64,000 bases of DNA from NCBI GenBank assembly GCA_964407715.1, contig CAYOWP010000001.1:1-64000 (forward strand), written 5' to 3'. The stretch comes from an uncultured archaeon. GTDB taxonomy: Archaea; EX4484-52; JAADEF01. Below, piece after piece: positions 20,601 through 29,851 of the stretch. Made by a program: the position numbers and the translations under genes. Within the stretch, counting starts at the first letter, position 1. Every line of letters begins with the position of its first letter. The notes below the pieces were generated by a model. It saw only the letters and a list, made by a program, of their open reading frames with translations, did not search any database and was not told the DNA's origin.

Positions 20601-21050
20601 GGAAGAAAGGTGCTACATAATGTGAGTGTGAGAATAGAGAATGTGGAAGAGTGCATAGAAAAATATTCTTCTTCACGAGAAACATTAAATCTTAATGAGT
20701 CAAAGACAATATTCCTATACCTAAAATCAAAGCCTGTAAAATCAAAGGAATGCAAAGCAATAGTGATTGCATATTCTGATGAAGGAGCATATGATTTTAT
20801 GCCTGTAATCATTAAGGTATATCCAAAGCCTCCTTTATTGGCTTTGAGACGAAATCTTACGCCAATAATCTCTTTATTGTGGACATTAATATTTATACTT
20901 TATGCAGTAATAAGAAAGAGAAAGGCTATGCGTGGTGAGAGACCGAAAAGCAAGGTTCCAAGATTAATACTTTATCTTTTAATGTTAGGAGAATTATTAA
21001 TAATTATTTATGTAATTTTATGGTTAATTGGATTGGTGAGTTTGTTATGA
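17670..21050 (+). CDS. Large cell-surface protein with Ig-like/CARDB-type domains
   Basis: Signal peptide, many N-x-S/T sequons, ENIGN/KNIGR Ig-like strands, Cys-rich middle, Pro-Gln linker and two C-terminal TM helices. Confidence 0.8.
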   Translation: MLNKYKYLNIVFYLIALFLLFKFSYSTPVVISDVEDFYDPLPYNDGNITITAVINRIDAGEKEVWVSILSPVEENLSWIKKEFIDSQTNKYYFTYNPSQIGTYLYKVYAINTNNETSESQTHTFESAKFPYFESIAYNSSVKWDNGSVEFYITMRRWVDYRNNSMIEYNVSSVIVMIKEPEIANVSLTKISEEGNLSLWYGSFDPSIISLYKYGVFDPIYKFQVFSNDTYGNVSVSEEMSFVSEGYYPKILGSYISHKGILSVGENITIYAIINDTTNATNYSPNINSTKIYLLKPDLSLMIYNMTKINDSYYYLNFTIDIEGDYFYKIFVSDEEGNEVESGYFGFSSSPHIYDIVNISVKVAPSCQASIFLLPDEDKLLVNTTVIWLSIFENLGNVPLNETTNISVEKDVIYPGEEKFVILPPNIVAYARDKEEEVDPLDDTFFFLIWYTYGLPLGNYTARTYSTYYANVSYEGGYFTCNGTVNDTVHFELVEAIGETTPSPILVIREMPEQIYQDPDCINDSQSCITTKVRLVLFNRGDKVAENITLKERIYLYDCAYSNSSLCEKISLKCVNSSQYSCAVTTNKSTGEIGSLQFNMSESLSPRDYVILEYELTPPPYLVVYNDSVYKFEAKGSHKCEGDKKKYEISENDLHYNKEEYKLMHLSPLPSFMFDLTVLSSNTTEKRRTFSAEKDEEFLISADYISSISTSNWTINISFPEVFIIKSCSFVDGVQCECRVDNASNIVYCDGSSLISENDKVEFKVTARTNIYSEYILPAYFNDSIYMADEDFLPGLFMISIPKTEVEVPTPQPVPQPTPQPQPEPQPETGPEISEYHLPKVEIVLRPLNDTYVVYQGDTFPTYFEVENIGNSTANNITIEAILPSALWNQSKAYIDVLNPGEKVNRTLMFSVDENVAPGIYVIPVKAMIGDSIGDIAYITIKVLFAKKLAKMKIIEMAQEIEIREDSNLTVPILIKNIGRKVLHNVSVRIENVEECIEKYSSSRETLNLNESKTIFLYLKSKPVKSKECKAIVIAYSDEGAYDFMPVIIKVYPKPPLLALRRNLTPIISLLWTLIFILYAVIRKRKAMRGERPKSKVPRLILYLLMLGELLIIIYVILWLIGLVSLL
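20090..20160 (+). repeat. Pro/Gln/Glu/Thr-rich coding linker repeat
   Basis: Encodes PTPQPVPQPTPQPQPEPQPETGP. Confidence 0.8.
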
Positions 21051-21802
21051 GAAGATATGTAGATTTAATGATTTGTCCTGAAAGTAAGGATGCTCTGAGA
21101 GATATGCTCGCATTTATTGACAAAATAAAACTTGAGGTAATGGGGATTTGCGTTAATGAAGAGAGCGCTAAGGAAATGATCGAATACATGGTTAATGAGT
21201 CATTAATTGATAGATTCATAATTTTTTATATGATAAAGGCAGAGGAAATAGAGGAGTTCAGGGAGAAAAAAAAGAAATTTATAAATCAAATGAAAAAATA
21301 TAAAGGTGTTAAGGCATTGATCTTAGAATCTCGTAATTATAAAGTTTTGAGATATGCCGTTGATAAAAGAGAAGTTGATGCTTTATACAATCTTCCGCTA
21401 TCCTTTAAGATGTTTGGAGTTGATCAAGTGATTATAAAGTTATGCTCTGAGAAAAATATTGCATTGATTTTTGATTTTAATTCTTTCAAAAGGATGAGTA
21501 AAAATGAGAGAGTTGTTTATCTTAGAAATATGAGAAAGATATTGCAGATTGCCAAAAAATATGATACTATGAGCATAGCCGTATCTTGCGCTAGAAATGT
21601 AATGGAAATAAAGCATCCAAGGGATTTGGCATCTTTCTTCTATATCGTATACAGAAACCTCGAGTTTTCCCTTAAGTCCACATCAGATAATCCTTTACAG
21701 TTTTCTGATTTTATTAAAAAGTTAAATAATTCTAAGAGAGTATTACCAGGGCTATACATAATTGAGGATGATAGCAATGTTAAAGCCGAGTTTAAGAGAT
21801 AA
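21047..21802 (+). CDS. rnp3: RNase P subunit Rpp30
   Basis: RYAVDKREVD, VDQVIIKL, SCARNVMEIKHPRDL; adjacent to Pop5. Confidence 0.8.
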   Translation: MRRYVDLMICPESKDALRDMLAFIDKIKLEVMGICVNEESAKEMIEYMVNESLIDRFIIFYMIKAEEIEEFREKKKKFINQMKKYKGVKALILESRNYKVLRYAVDKREVDALYNLPLSFKMFGVDQVIIKLCSEKNIALIFDFNSFKRMSKNERVVYLRNMRKILQIAKKYDTMSIAVSCARNVMEIKHPRDLASFFYIVYRNLEFSLKSTSDNPLQFSDFIKKLNNSKRVLPGLYIIEDDSNVKAEFKR

Positions 21803-22136
21803 AAAAAGGTACATTATTGTGAAAATTTATGCGAAAGAGAAAGATGAAGAGATAAATATAGAGGACATTATCTCTGCTGTTTGGAAAAAGGCATATGAGT
21901 ATGGTGGTTATGCTTATGTCTCCCTAAGCAATATGAATGTAATAAAGGATTTATATTTTAAGGAGAAGCATATTTTTGTGATTAGTGTCATGCCAAAATA
22001 TGTGGAAGATTTAAGGTTTATATTGATGCAGGTTGATAAGATAAAGTCCTGGGATGTTACATTACATGTTCTTGGTGTGAGTGGCACAATAAAATCTGCT
22101 AAGGAGAAATATATAAATAAGGAGGAAGACATATGA
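21777..22136 (+). CDS. rnp2: RNase P subunit Pop5/Rpp14
   Basis: PSLRDKKRYI N-terminus and VLGVSGTIKSA C-terminus. Confidence 0.9.
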   Translation: MLKPSLRDKKRYIIVKIYAKEKDEEINIEDIISAVWKKAYEYGGYAYVSLSNMNVIKDLYFKEKHIFVISVMPKYVEDLRFILMQVDKIKSWDVTLHVLGVSGTIKSAKEKYINKEEDI

Positions 22137-23038
22137 TATTTCATTTTGGAAATTTGGAATCTCTATATTTTGGAATTATGTTGCTTATCGCTATTATTTT
22201 TTTATTGGTTGTTAGTTATTGTGATTTAAAAACATCTCTGATTGATATTAGAGCAGTTATTTTCTTTGATTGTTTAGCTTTAATTTGCCATGGTTTGTTT
22301 GCGTTCCTTCTTCATGAATATAAATATATTCTTTTTGGTATCTCCTCTCTTGCAATTTTTCTTTTTATGGGGTATCTGTTGTATTTCTTTTCTAAATGGG
22401 GAGAGGGAGATGCCATTGTTTTGGGAAGCATATACTTCATATATCCTTTTCCTTATTTTGTTCCGTTGCACTTTGTTATTATTAACAAGGTCATATATTA
22501 TTGGTATGTGCTATTTTTTAATATTGCCATTTTTGGTGTATTTTATTCATTGATGTATGCTTTTATATTTTCCTTAAGAAATAGAGAATTCTATGCGCAT
22601 CTTAAGAAAGAGCTTTCTTTAAAACATGCTTTTCTTGTGTTTCTTCTTGGAAGTTGTTTGGCTTTCGTGATGTATTTTTTTGTTGAATCATCTTATTATG
22701 TGATTGCTTTTCCGCTAATTTTATTTATATCTTACTTTTTTTATGTGTTTGCTAAGTTATCAGATGAGATATTATTTACAAAAAAAATAAAACTAAAAGA
22801 TGTGAAAGAGGGAGATACTGTTCTTGGAACATTTAAAAAAGCAAATTTTGAATGCAAGAGATTAGATGCTATTAGTAAAGAAGAGATTGATGCCCTTATA
22901 AAGGCATATGGGCCAAATAAGGTAGTTGAGGTAAAGGATATGGTTAGATATATTCCCTCTTTTCTTTTTGGATTCATCTTTACTGTTCTCTTTGGGGATG
23001 CAATACTCTATTATCTTTCCTCCTTAATTATCGTTTAA
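22133..23038 (+). CDS. Prepilin peptidase (A24 family, PibD/EppA-like)
   Basis: Catalytic aspartates in SYCDLK and WGEGD; C-terminal VKEGD...RYIPSF. Confidence 0.85.
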   Translation: MIFHFGNLESLYFGIMLLIAIIFLLVVSYCDLKTSLIDIRAVIFFDCLALICHGLFAFLLHEYKYILFGISSLAIFLFMGYLLYFFSKWGEGDAIVLGSIYFIYPFPYFVPLHFVIINKVIYYWYVLFFNIAIFGVFYSLMYAFIFSLRNREFYAHLKKELSLKHAFLVFLLGSCLAFVMYFFVESSYYVIAFPLILFISYFFYVFAKLSDEILFTKKIKLKDVKEGDTVLGTFKKANFECKRLDAISKEEIDALIKAYGPNKVVEVKDMVRYIPSFLFGFIFTVLFGDAILYYLSSLIIV

Positions 23039-23071
23039 TTTAAAATATTTTTGAAATAAAAATACTAAATT

Positions 23072-23752
23072 ATGATATCAAGCTTAAGGATTGTATCTAA
23101 TAGAAAAGGATCAAATCCAGGAGGTTTTGCATATCTTAATGATCTCTATGTTTATGTGAAATACTCTTTTATTGGAGAAAATCTTACAGGTACTCCTTTA
23201 AAGGTTGAGCATCAACCAATCTATGAGTACATTACAGGGGAAATCTTGAAATTTTATGGGTTTAAAGTACCGAAGAGATATGTTATTGAGGGAGAGAGAA
23301 TAAAGATAATTAATGAGATTAACAATCCTGATTTCTATAAAAAGAGACCTTATTATTTATTATCTGTATATGTTAAATACGAGCCTAATGGCAAATTTGA
23401 TATATCTCAAAAATGTATGCTAGATAAATTGGGGATGTGTGATATTATAGGAAAGGGAGATAATTATGGCATGATTGAGGAAGGATCCTTTATAATTATT
23501 GATTGCGGTTGTTCTTTTGTTGAGAGTGTAAACGGAAGAATGAGAGTTAAAGAGGAATATAAAAGAGCATATAATGAACAAAAAATAAAAATTAAATCAA
23601 GAAAGATAAAAAAGGAAATCTCAAAAATTATTAAATATATAGGGGATATCACAATAGATACCTATTTCTCAAACATTCCAATAAATAAGATTTTGAACAA
23701 AGACGAAATTGAATTTATCAAATCCTACTATATATGGAAAATGTGCCAATAA
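23072..23752 (+). CDS. Hypothetical protein, possibly atypical kinase fold (HipA/PI3-4K-like)
   Basis: GSNPGG Gly-loop, YVKY, DNY and IIDCG. Confidence 0.55.
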   Translation: MISSLRIVSNRKGSNPGGFAYLNDLYVYVKYSFIGENLTGTPLKVEHQPIYEYITGEILKFYGFKVPKRYVIEGERIKIINEINNPDFYKKRPYYLLSVYVKYEPNGKFDISQKCMLDKLGMCDIIGKGDNYGMIEEGSFIIIDCGCSFVESVNGRMRVKEEYKRAYNEQKIKIKSRKIKKEISKIIKYIGDITIDTYFSNIPINKILNKDEIEFIKSYYIWKMCQ

Positions 23753-24367
23753 TCTTGATAAAGAGTTTGTTAACGCAATAAGAATTTCTCCACCTATCAA
23801 CCTCTTTATAATGTTACCATGCTACGATATGCTCTCTAGAGGAGGTATATTTTGCGTTAACTAAATTTTTATTTAAAAAATCTGGTTAACGCAAGAAATC
23901 GCTTTCCAATGCACATAGCAGCATGCTAACCGCTTTCAATGGTTAGCTGCTTCAATATGTTTTCTTGATGATATGCAGTTCTCCTTAACCAAATTTTCAA
24001 AAATAAAAAATGGTTAACGGGAAGCATAACCATCACTAAAAGGTTTGCAGCATTCTAACCTCTATCAATGGTTAGCTGCTGTGATGTGCTGAATGAATAG
24101 GTTATGCTTCCCCTTAACCATTTTAAAAAATAATAAGATATGGTTAACGCGAGGAAATCCCTCTCATAAAAGGTTTGCAGCATGCTAACCTCTTGAAAAG
24201 GTTAGCTGCTTCCATACGCAAAATGAAAAGGTTATTTTTCCCCTTAACCATTTTATTTTATTTAAAAAATCTGGTTAACGCGAGGAAATCGCTTTTACAA
24301 CCATATTGCTTTAAAATGGGTTAGCATGCTCCAAGGTGCTTGTGGAAGCGATTTTCTTCCGTAACCA
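23742..24367. repeat. Palindromic-unit array (5 units, mostly reverse orientation)
   Basis: Degenerate terminus TGTGCCAATAAT, then units starting near 23768, 23883, 24011, 24141 and 24272. Confidence 0.93.
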
Positions 24368-24380
24368 ATTAACAAATTCA

Positions 24381-24469
24381 GGCATTGTCCAATAATTCTT
24401 TATTGTTAAGCGGAAATTTAACGCGCAAATAGCACTTTTTTTGTTAATAGAGAATTATCGGACAATGCC
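24381..24469. mobile_element. MITE-like element, copy 3 (internally deleted, 89 bp)
   Basis: TIRs GGCATTGTCCAATAAT / ATTATCGGACAATGCC; flanks ACAAATTCA and ACCAATTCA (8/9 match). Confidence 0.85.
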
Positions 24470-24516
24470 ACCAATTCAGTTAATTAAAATGTATTTTTAA
24501 ATTTTACTTTTTTATA

Positions 24517-25362
24517 ATGGTATTAATTATGGAAGAAAAACCTCCTATTGAGTATGAGAGGATTTTGAATTCTTTTTTGGAGTTGTATGAGGATAAAAGA
24601 GGAGGAAAAATTGTACGTAAGGTATGTGATAAAGCATATGATTTCATGCTTAAAATTTATGGTATGGGAGCAGCACCAGGATTGTTCTTAAATTATAAGC
24701 AAATAGATGGAATAATGAACAAGGCTGAGGCATTTGTAAAAAGCAATCTCTATTTTTGGCAAGAAACTTTCAAGTTTGTTACTGATCCTCAAACATATAA
24801 AATGGCTAGTCATTTCTTATACAATCTTTATCATAATAAACATTTCACAATGTTCGATGTTTTGCCATATCAAGCTCAAATAGAAAAGATAGGAAAGGTG
24901 TTCTATCATATTGATAAGGGATGGAAGAACATAATATATAACTTTCCGATATATATGGGCTTAGGATTATTAGTGATAGGTTTTGCATTGATTACTACAG
25001 AGACATTGAATGGCATAGTAAGAGGTTTCATCTCCAAGAAAGAGATACATATAGAAGATTTAAAAGAAAGGGAAAAAGAGATTATTATAGGACATATTCT
25101 TTTAGGATACGAGAGATGGGCAAGCTATGAGGAAGGAGAATGGAAAAAGCTTAAAGAAGAATATGATGAAATCATTAACAGATTGGGAGAACTTATTTTT
25201 AAAAGAGAGAATTGGAAAGAAGAAGGAGAACTTTTGAGGTTTTTATATATAAGAGAAACAATTAAAAAGGAGAGAAAAGTGAGAAAGGCTGATAAGTTCT
25301 TTATGAATGTTTATAGAGAGATAAAAGATGAGATAATAACTCAACCAAAAATCTCATCTTAA
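24517..25362 (+). CDS. Hypothetical protein with one TM segment
   Basis: 281-aa ORF; alternative start ATG at 24529. Confidence 0.7.
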   Translation: MVLIMEEKPPIEYERILNSFLELYEDKRGGKIVRKVCDKAYDFMLKIYGMGAAPGLFLNYKQIDGIMNKAEAFVKSNLYFWQETFKFVTDPQTYKMASHFLYNLYHNKHFTMFDVLPYQAQIEKIGKVFYHIDKGWKNIIYNFPIYMGLGLLVIGFALITTETLNGIVRGFISKKEIHIEDLKEREKEIIIGHILLGYERWASYEEGEWKKLKEEYDEIINRLGELIFKRENWKEEGELLRFLYIRETIKKERKVRKADKFFMNVYREIKDEIITQPKISS

Positions 25363-26192
25363 ATCTTTGATATCTTTGTTATTTCATAAAGCGCATAAAA
25401 TATATCTCTTTGCGATGTTTTTGCTTTTAATATTGCGATATCTTTATCTGGGTTATTCAAAATTATGTTTGTTACTTTTTTCTTTAGTTTTTTATAAAAA
25501 CTCTCGTGTAGGTTGCTTCCTATTCCTCCTCCAAAAATGAATGTTTTTATTCCTAATATTTGATATATTGTGGCTAACAAACATGAAAGGGCATCGAGAG
25601 TATATTCCTCGAACAATTCTTCATTCTCTCTATATATCTGCAAAGGATACCTAACAGCATTGTATTTCTTTTTGTACTCTTTCATGATACCCTCTGTTCC
25701 AAGCAATTGCTCATATGTTTTTTTAGTTTTGTAATCGCATATCGCATGCCCAATCTCACCAGCAAACAAGTTTTCTCCTTTAAAAATTTTTCCTTTATGG
25801 ATTATTCCTGCACCTATTCCAGTTCCCCACACAATACCTACTAAGTTTTCAATTTTGGTTTTAAGAAACTGCGAAAAAGCAAACACATTTGCATCATTTT
25901 CAACATATATCTCTTTTATTGGAAATATCTTCGCAAAATCTAAATTATTCATCCACATAGCATTTGGAGAAATTAAAATGGTTGTATTCTTCACGAATCC
26001 TGCAATAGAGATTGAGATTTTATTTGGAGAATATCTAATAAATAAATCATTTAGCGTGTTGATAAACACCTCTTTATCAAAGATGTTATGTTCATCGTAA
26101 TATATCTTTTCCTCAAATAAAAGATTCCCTTCTTCTATAAGAGCATATGCTATTTTACTGCCGCCTATATCAAGACACAGGACTTTTTGCAT
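25359..26192 (-). CDS. ROK-family sugar kinase
   Basis: LDIGGSK, ENDAN, GTGIGAG and AGEIGH. Confidence 0.92.
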   Translation of the reverse strand: MQKVLCLDIGGSKIAYALIEEGNLLFEEKIYYDEHNIFDKEVFINTLNDLFIRYSPNKISISIAGFVKNTTILISPNAMWMNNLDFAKIFPIKEIYVENDANVFAFSQFLKTKIENLVGIVWGTGIGAGIIHKGKIFKGENLFAGEIGHAICDYKTKKTYEQLLGTEGIMKEYKKKYNAVRYPLQIYRENEELFEEYTLDALSCLLATIYQILGIKTFIFGGGIGSNLHESFYKKLKKKVTNIILNNPDKDIAILKAKTSQRDIFYALYEITKISKI

Positions 26193-26204
26193 TGTTTCAC
26201 TTTA

Positions 26205-26333
26205 TCAATAACTTTCCACCCTTTTTAACATCTCTTCAAGTGCTGCCTTTTTTGGATCCTGAAGTTGAGATTTCTTTCTTTTATTTTCTGGCTTATATTC
26301 TGACAGCATTTTTATCTTGTCATATAAATCCAT
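26205..26333 (-). CDS. Small hypothetical protein (42 aa, not in ORF track)
   Basis: MDLYDKIKMLSEYKPENKRKKSQLQDPKKAALEEMLKRVESY, preceded by a strong SD (GAGGTGAT). Confidence 0.55.
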   Translation of the reverse strand: MDLYDKIKMLSEYKPENKRKKSQLQDPKKAALEEMLKRVESY

Positions 26334-26351
26334 TGTGATCACCTCTTTATG

Positions 26352-26909
26352 CTATTCCTCCGATTCTCTTCCTACAATATCAGTCACGCTAACAATAATA
26401 AACCCTATTGTTACTAATGTTATAGTTATTGCAACAGTATATGGATCTATAACTATCCAGAAATCTCTAAACATATATCCTAAGGTTTCATAAAACAATA
26501 TGAAAATCACAATCGTTATAATACCTGCTATCACATATTTCAGCGTGTTATTCTGTTTAACAATATCTGTACCAAATTTTACTCCCAATATTGATAAGGT
26601 TAAAGGTATTAATAACAAAGTTACAGCCAATACACCCCACTTTGTAAATAACTCAGATAAGAACTCAGTTATTGTTCTTGTTTGAGGAGCATAATAAATA
26701 ATCAAAGTAGCCATTGTTATTGCAAGTAATCTATTAATTCTCTCTACATTCTTTCCTTTCTCTTTACCAAATATGTTTACCCTTGATAATAAACCATAGA
26801 TAATAACAAAATACAATAACCAAGGTAAAGCATAATCAAACAAGCCCATATCTTCAAAAATATAAAGCACATTCCCAATTAAGGATGAATCAAACCACCC
26901 ATGAAACAT
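26352..26909 (-). CDS. Multi-pass membrane protein, copy B
   Basis: 185 aa, identical in protein sequence to the first 185 aa of 27389-27988. Confidence 0.85.
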   Translation of the reverse strand: MFHGWFDSSLIGNVLYIFEDMGLFDYALPWLLYFVIIYGLLSRVNIFGKEKGKNVERINRLLAITMATLIIYYAPQTRTITEFLSELFTKWGVLAVTLLLIPLTLSILGVKFGTDIVKQNNTLKYVIAGIITIVIFILFYETLGYMFRDFWIVIDPYTVAITITLVTIGFIIVSVTDIVGRESEE

Positions 26910-26918
26910 TTTTACACC
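26374..26918. repeat. 545-bp direct repeat (copy 1; copy 2 at 27453-27997)
   Basis: Appears identical by eye at an offset of 1079 bp. Confidence 0.92.
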
Positions 26919-26920
26919 TT

Positions 26921-27382
26921 TTATCCTGTCACAATTTCATAACTTTCAATTTCTATGCTGTTTTCTGGACATTCTTTGACTGTTATGGTAATGAGATCTA
27001 TTTTATCTATTATACTTGAATTTATTTTAAATGAAATTCTTTTTGTTACTCCTATATCCACTCTATAAGTGTTGTTTATCTCTTGTATATTTCCATTATG
27101 CCCAAATACCGAGATATTTGATAATGTGAATGGTATTCTTCCTTGATTTTTAATGTACATCCTGAAATAGTTATCTCCTGTAACATTGAACTCCATTCCA
27201 TAATATGAAAAATCAATCTTTTCACATTGCCTAATTTTGGTATATTGATTTTCATATTCCTCTGTTTTTCCTTTAACTAATGTTGAGTACCAACCTGAAA
27301 GAAAAAACCCAACACTTACAGCTATAACTACTAGCATTACAGCACCAACGTATGGTGAGATTCCTTTCATAGATGATTTCAT
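26921..27382 (-). CDS. Archaeal type IV pilin
   Basis: Class III signal peptide KG/ISPYVGAVMLVVIAVSVG. Confidence 0.88.
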   Translation of the reverse strand: MKSSMKGISPYVGAVMLVVIAVSVGFFLSGWYSTLVKGKTEEYENQYTKIRQCEKIDFSYYGMEFNVTGDNYFRMYIKNQGRIPFTLSNISVFGHNGNIQEINNTYRVDIGVTKRISFKINSSIIDKIDLITITVKECPENSIEIESYEIVTG

Positions 27383-27388
27383 GATATC

Positions 27389-27988
27389 TCACTCTGTTTC
27401 TTTCTTTTCTTCCTCTTCTCCCTCCTCTTCACTTTCTTCTGATTCCCTACCCACAATATCAGTCACGCTAACAATAATAAACCCTATTGTTACTAATGTT
27501 ATAGTTATTGCAACAGTATATGGATCTATAACTATCCAGAAATCTCTAAACATATATCCTAAGGTTTCATAAAACAATATGAAAATCACAATCGTTATAA
27601 TACCTGCTATCACATATTTCAGCGTGTTATTCTGTTTAACAATATCTGTACCAAATTTTACTCCCAATATTGATAAGGTTAAAGGTATTAATAACAAAGT
27701 TACAGCCAATACACCCCACTTTGTAAATAACTCAGATAAGAACTCAGTTATTGTTCTTGTTTGAGGAGCATAATAAATAATCAAAGTAGCCATTGTTATT
27801 GCAAGTAATCTATTAATTCTCTCTACATTCTTTCCTTTCTCTTTACCAAATATGTTTACCCTTGATAATAAACCATAGATAATAACAAAATACAATAACC
27901 AAGGTAAAGCATAATCAAACAAGCCCATATCTTCAAAAATATAAAGCACATTCCCAATTAAGGATGAATCAAACCACCCATGAAACAT
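27389..27988 (-). CDS. Multi-pass membrane protein, copy A (acidic tail)
   Basis: 199 aa, same as copy B plus a Glu-rich C-terminal extension. Confidence 0.85.
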   Translation of the reverse strand: MFHGWFDSSLIGNVLYIFEDMGLFDYALPWLLYFVIIYGLLSRVNIFGKEKGKNVERINRLLAITMATLIIYYAPQTRTITEFLSELFTKWGVLAVTLLLIPLTLSILGVKFGTDIVKQNNTLKYVIAGIITIVIFILFYETLGYMFRDFWIVIDPYTVAITITLVTIGFIIVSVTDIVGRESEESEEEGEEEEKKETE

Positions 27989-27997
27989 TTTTACACC
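27453..27997. repeat. 545-bp direct repeat (copy 2)
   Basis: Matches 26374-26918. Confidence 0.92.
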
Positions 27998-28005
27998 CTA
28001 TCTAA

Positions 28006-28560
28006 TTAACTTACAGGCAAAAGATCAGAGATTGTGGCTACAGGAGTATCAAATGCAGGCCATCCACCATAAGGTTTAGCTATAAGTGCGGTGATGCCTT
28101 CACATTCTGTATATAATCTGATTTTATCTAAATCATTATCATCTGAGATTTTCAACTCATCATATGGAAGAGTAATATTTACATCTATATATTTGCTTTC
28201 ATCTTTGTTCAAAGAAATTGGATTTTTGAGATTATACACCCTTGATCCCTTTCCTGATGTGTCATATATTTGTATTTGGGTTATTGCAATAGGTTCAAGA
28301 CCGTTATTAACAACATAAGCCTCTACTATTACATCTCCATTATATGAGGAATTAAGCCGAGAGAATTCGTTTCTCACATCTATACTTGCATAGCTACACT
28401 CTATTTTCTTCTGCCCTTCTTCAACCTTCTCCTTACTTGATTTCGTGATATTTGTTACCCATGCTGTTATAAGAGCCCCTACTGCCATAGTAAATGCTAT
28501 TAAAAGCACAGCAGCAACCAATGGAGATATAGCCTTATATATGTTTTTTTCCCTTAACAT
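28006..28560 (-). CDS. Archaeal type IV pilin
   Basis: Class III signal peptide KA/ISPLVAAVLLIAFTMAVG. Confidence 0.9.
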   Translation of the reverse strand: MLREKNIYKAISPLVAAVLLIAFTMAVGALITAWVTNITKSSKEKVEEGQKKIECSYASIDVRNEFSRLNSSYNGDVIVEAYVVNNGLEPIAITQIQIYDTSGKGSRVYNLKNPISLNKDESKYIDVNITLPYDELKISDDNDLDKIRLYTECEGITALIAKPYGGWPAFDTPVATISDLLPVS

Positions 28561-28671
28561 TTCCTATCACCTTTTCATACATTTTGAATTGAATTGAAAT
28601 TTTTAACTAATACATTAAATATAATTAAGTTTTTCCACATATATATAATTAATTCTTATTGAGGCGTTTTA

Positions 28672-28832
28672 AGTATGCTCAATAATTCTTTATGGTTAAG
28701 CGGAAAGTATACCTTATCAATAGCACATCAAAGCAGCCAACACTCTTGAAAAAGGTTAGCATACTGCAAAACTTTAGGTAAAGATATGATTTCTGTTAAC
28801 CAAATTTTTAAAATACGTTATTGGACAAAACT
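28672..28832. repeat. Single palindromic unit with degenerate MITE termini
   Basis: AGTATGCTCAATAATTCTTTATGGTTAAGCGG...GGTTAGCATACTG...GTTAACCA...TTATTGGACAAAACT. Confidence 0.8.
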
Positions 28833-28991
28833 GGAATTGTCAAAAAATTTTTGATGAAGGTCTGTTAACAAGAAAACTTATTCTTGCAATCGCATTAGCT
28901 CTCTAAGGTTTGCTTTCTCTAATACGCTTCTTTAAAAGGTTACTTTTCCGCTTAACAAAATTTTGTTAATAGAGAATTATTGGACAATGCC
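28833..28991. mobile_element. MITE-like element, copy 4
   Basis: GGAATTGTC...ATTATTGGACAATGCC; perfect 9-bp flank GACAAAACT at 28824-28832 and 28992-29000. Confidence 0.87.
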
Positions 28992-29046
28992 GACAAAACT
29001 GGCTTTTCATAAAAATATATAACTATGTGTGAAATAAATTATTAAT

Positions 29047-29586
29047 ATGGGTAAATTTGAAATTATAGAACATCTTTATCCTGAGAGAAGATGGATATCC
29101 TTCACAATTAAAGGGCATAACCCTTGGGCTTGGGTTTTTAAAAAATATGTTAAATTAGTTGCCCATATTTTTGAGATTTCAAGTTCAAAGATATATTTGC
29201 GTTTTTTGATGGTTGATGATTTTGAGACATATAAAGGAGGAAGCACTATATATTATAGATATCATGTTGATTTCGTTAAGCCTTGGGATAATTTCACAAA
29301 GTTTTGGGTAGAGACACGTCTTAGTGGTTCACAGGATATAAAGACAAAAGAAGGGGTTGTGGAATTTAAATTTCATCCATATCTAAGAACTAAATTTGAG
29401 TATGTAAATCAAATTCAAAAGAGTTTGATAGATTTATATTGGCTTGGCTATTACCAGAAAAGAGTTAATACATTAAAAGAACAAAATAAGGCATTATTTG
29501 AAAAAACCATGTTGGAGATCAAATCTGCATTGGGTGTGAAGTTAGTAGAGGAAAAAGTAGAAGAGGGATGGAAGGAAGGTTTCTAA
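29047..29586 (+). CDS. Hypothetical protein
   Basis: 179-aa ORF with a TATA-like box about 30 bp upstream. Confidence 0.75.
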   Translation: MGKFEIIEHLYPERRWISFTIKGHNPWAWVFKKYVKLVAHIFEISSSKIYLRFLMVDDFETYKGGSTIYYRYHVDFVKPWDNFTKFWVETRLSGSQDIKTKEGVVEFKFHPYLRTKFEYVNQIQKSLIDLYWLGYYQKRVNTLKEQNKALFEKTMLEIKSALGVKLVEEKVEEGWKEGF

Positions 29587-29639
29587 AAATTTTTAGTTTT
29601 TTATATGTTTATTTATATTCTATGAGGACAAGTTATTAT

Positions 29640-29714
29640 GGGACCGTGGGGTAGCCTGGACTAGCCTTCCACCTTGGGGTGGTGGCGACCCGCGTTCAAA
29701 TCGCGGCGGTCCCA
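29640..29714 (+). tRNA. tRNA-Pro(GGG)
   Basis: Acceptor GGGACCG/CGGTCCC-A, anticodon arm CCACC-TTGGGGT-GGTGG, T arm CCGCG-TTCAAAT-CGCGG; CCA is not encoded. Confidence 0.95.
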
Positions 29715-29851
29715 TCATTCGAATTTGTGAAATTTTTATCTAAAGAGCAATCGATTTATTTTTGTTTTAATGAAATCTATCCTCAATCTTCTTTGATAGA
29801 TCAATAGACCCTTTCATTTTGCAATATCTTCAACTAAAGCAAATAAAATTT

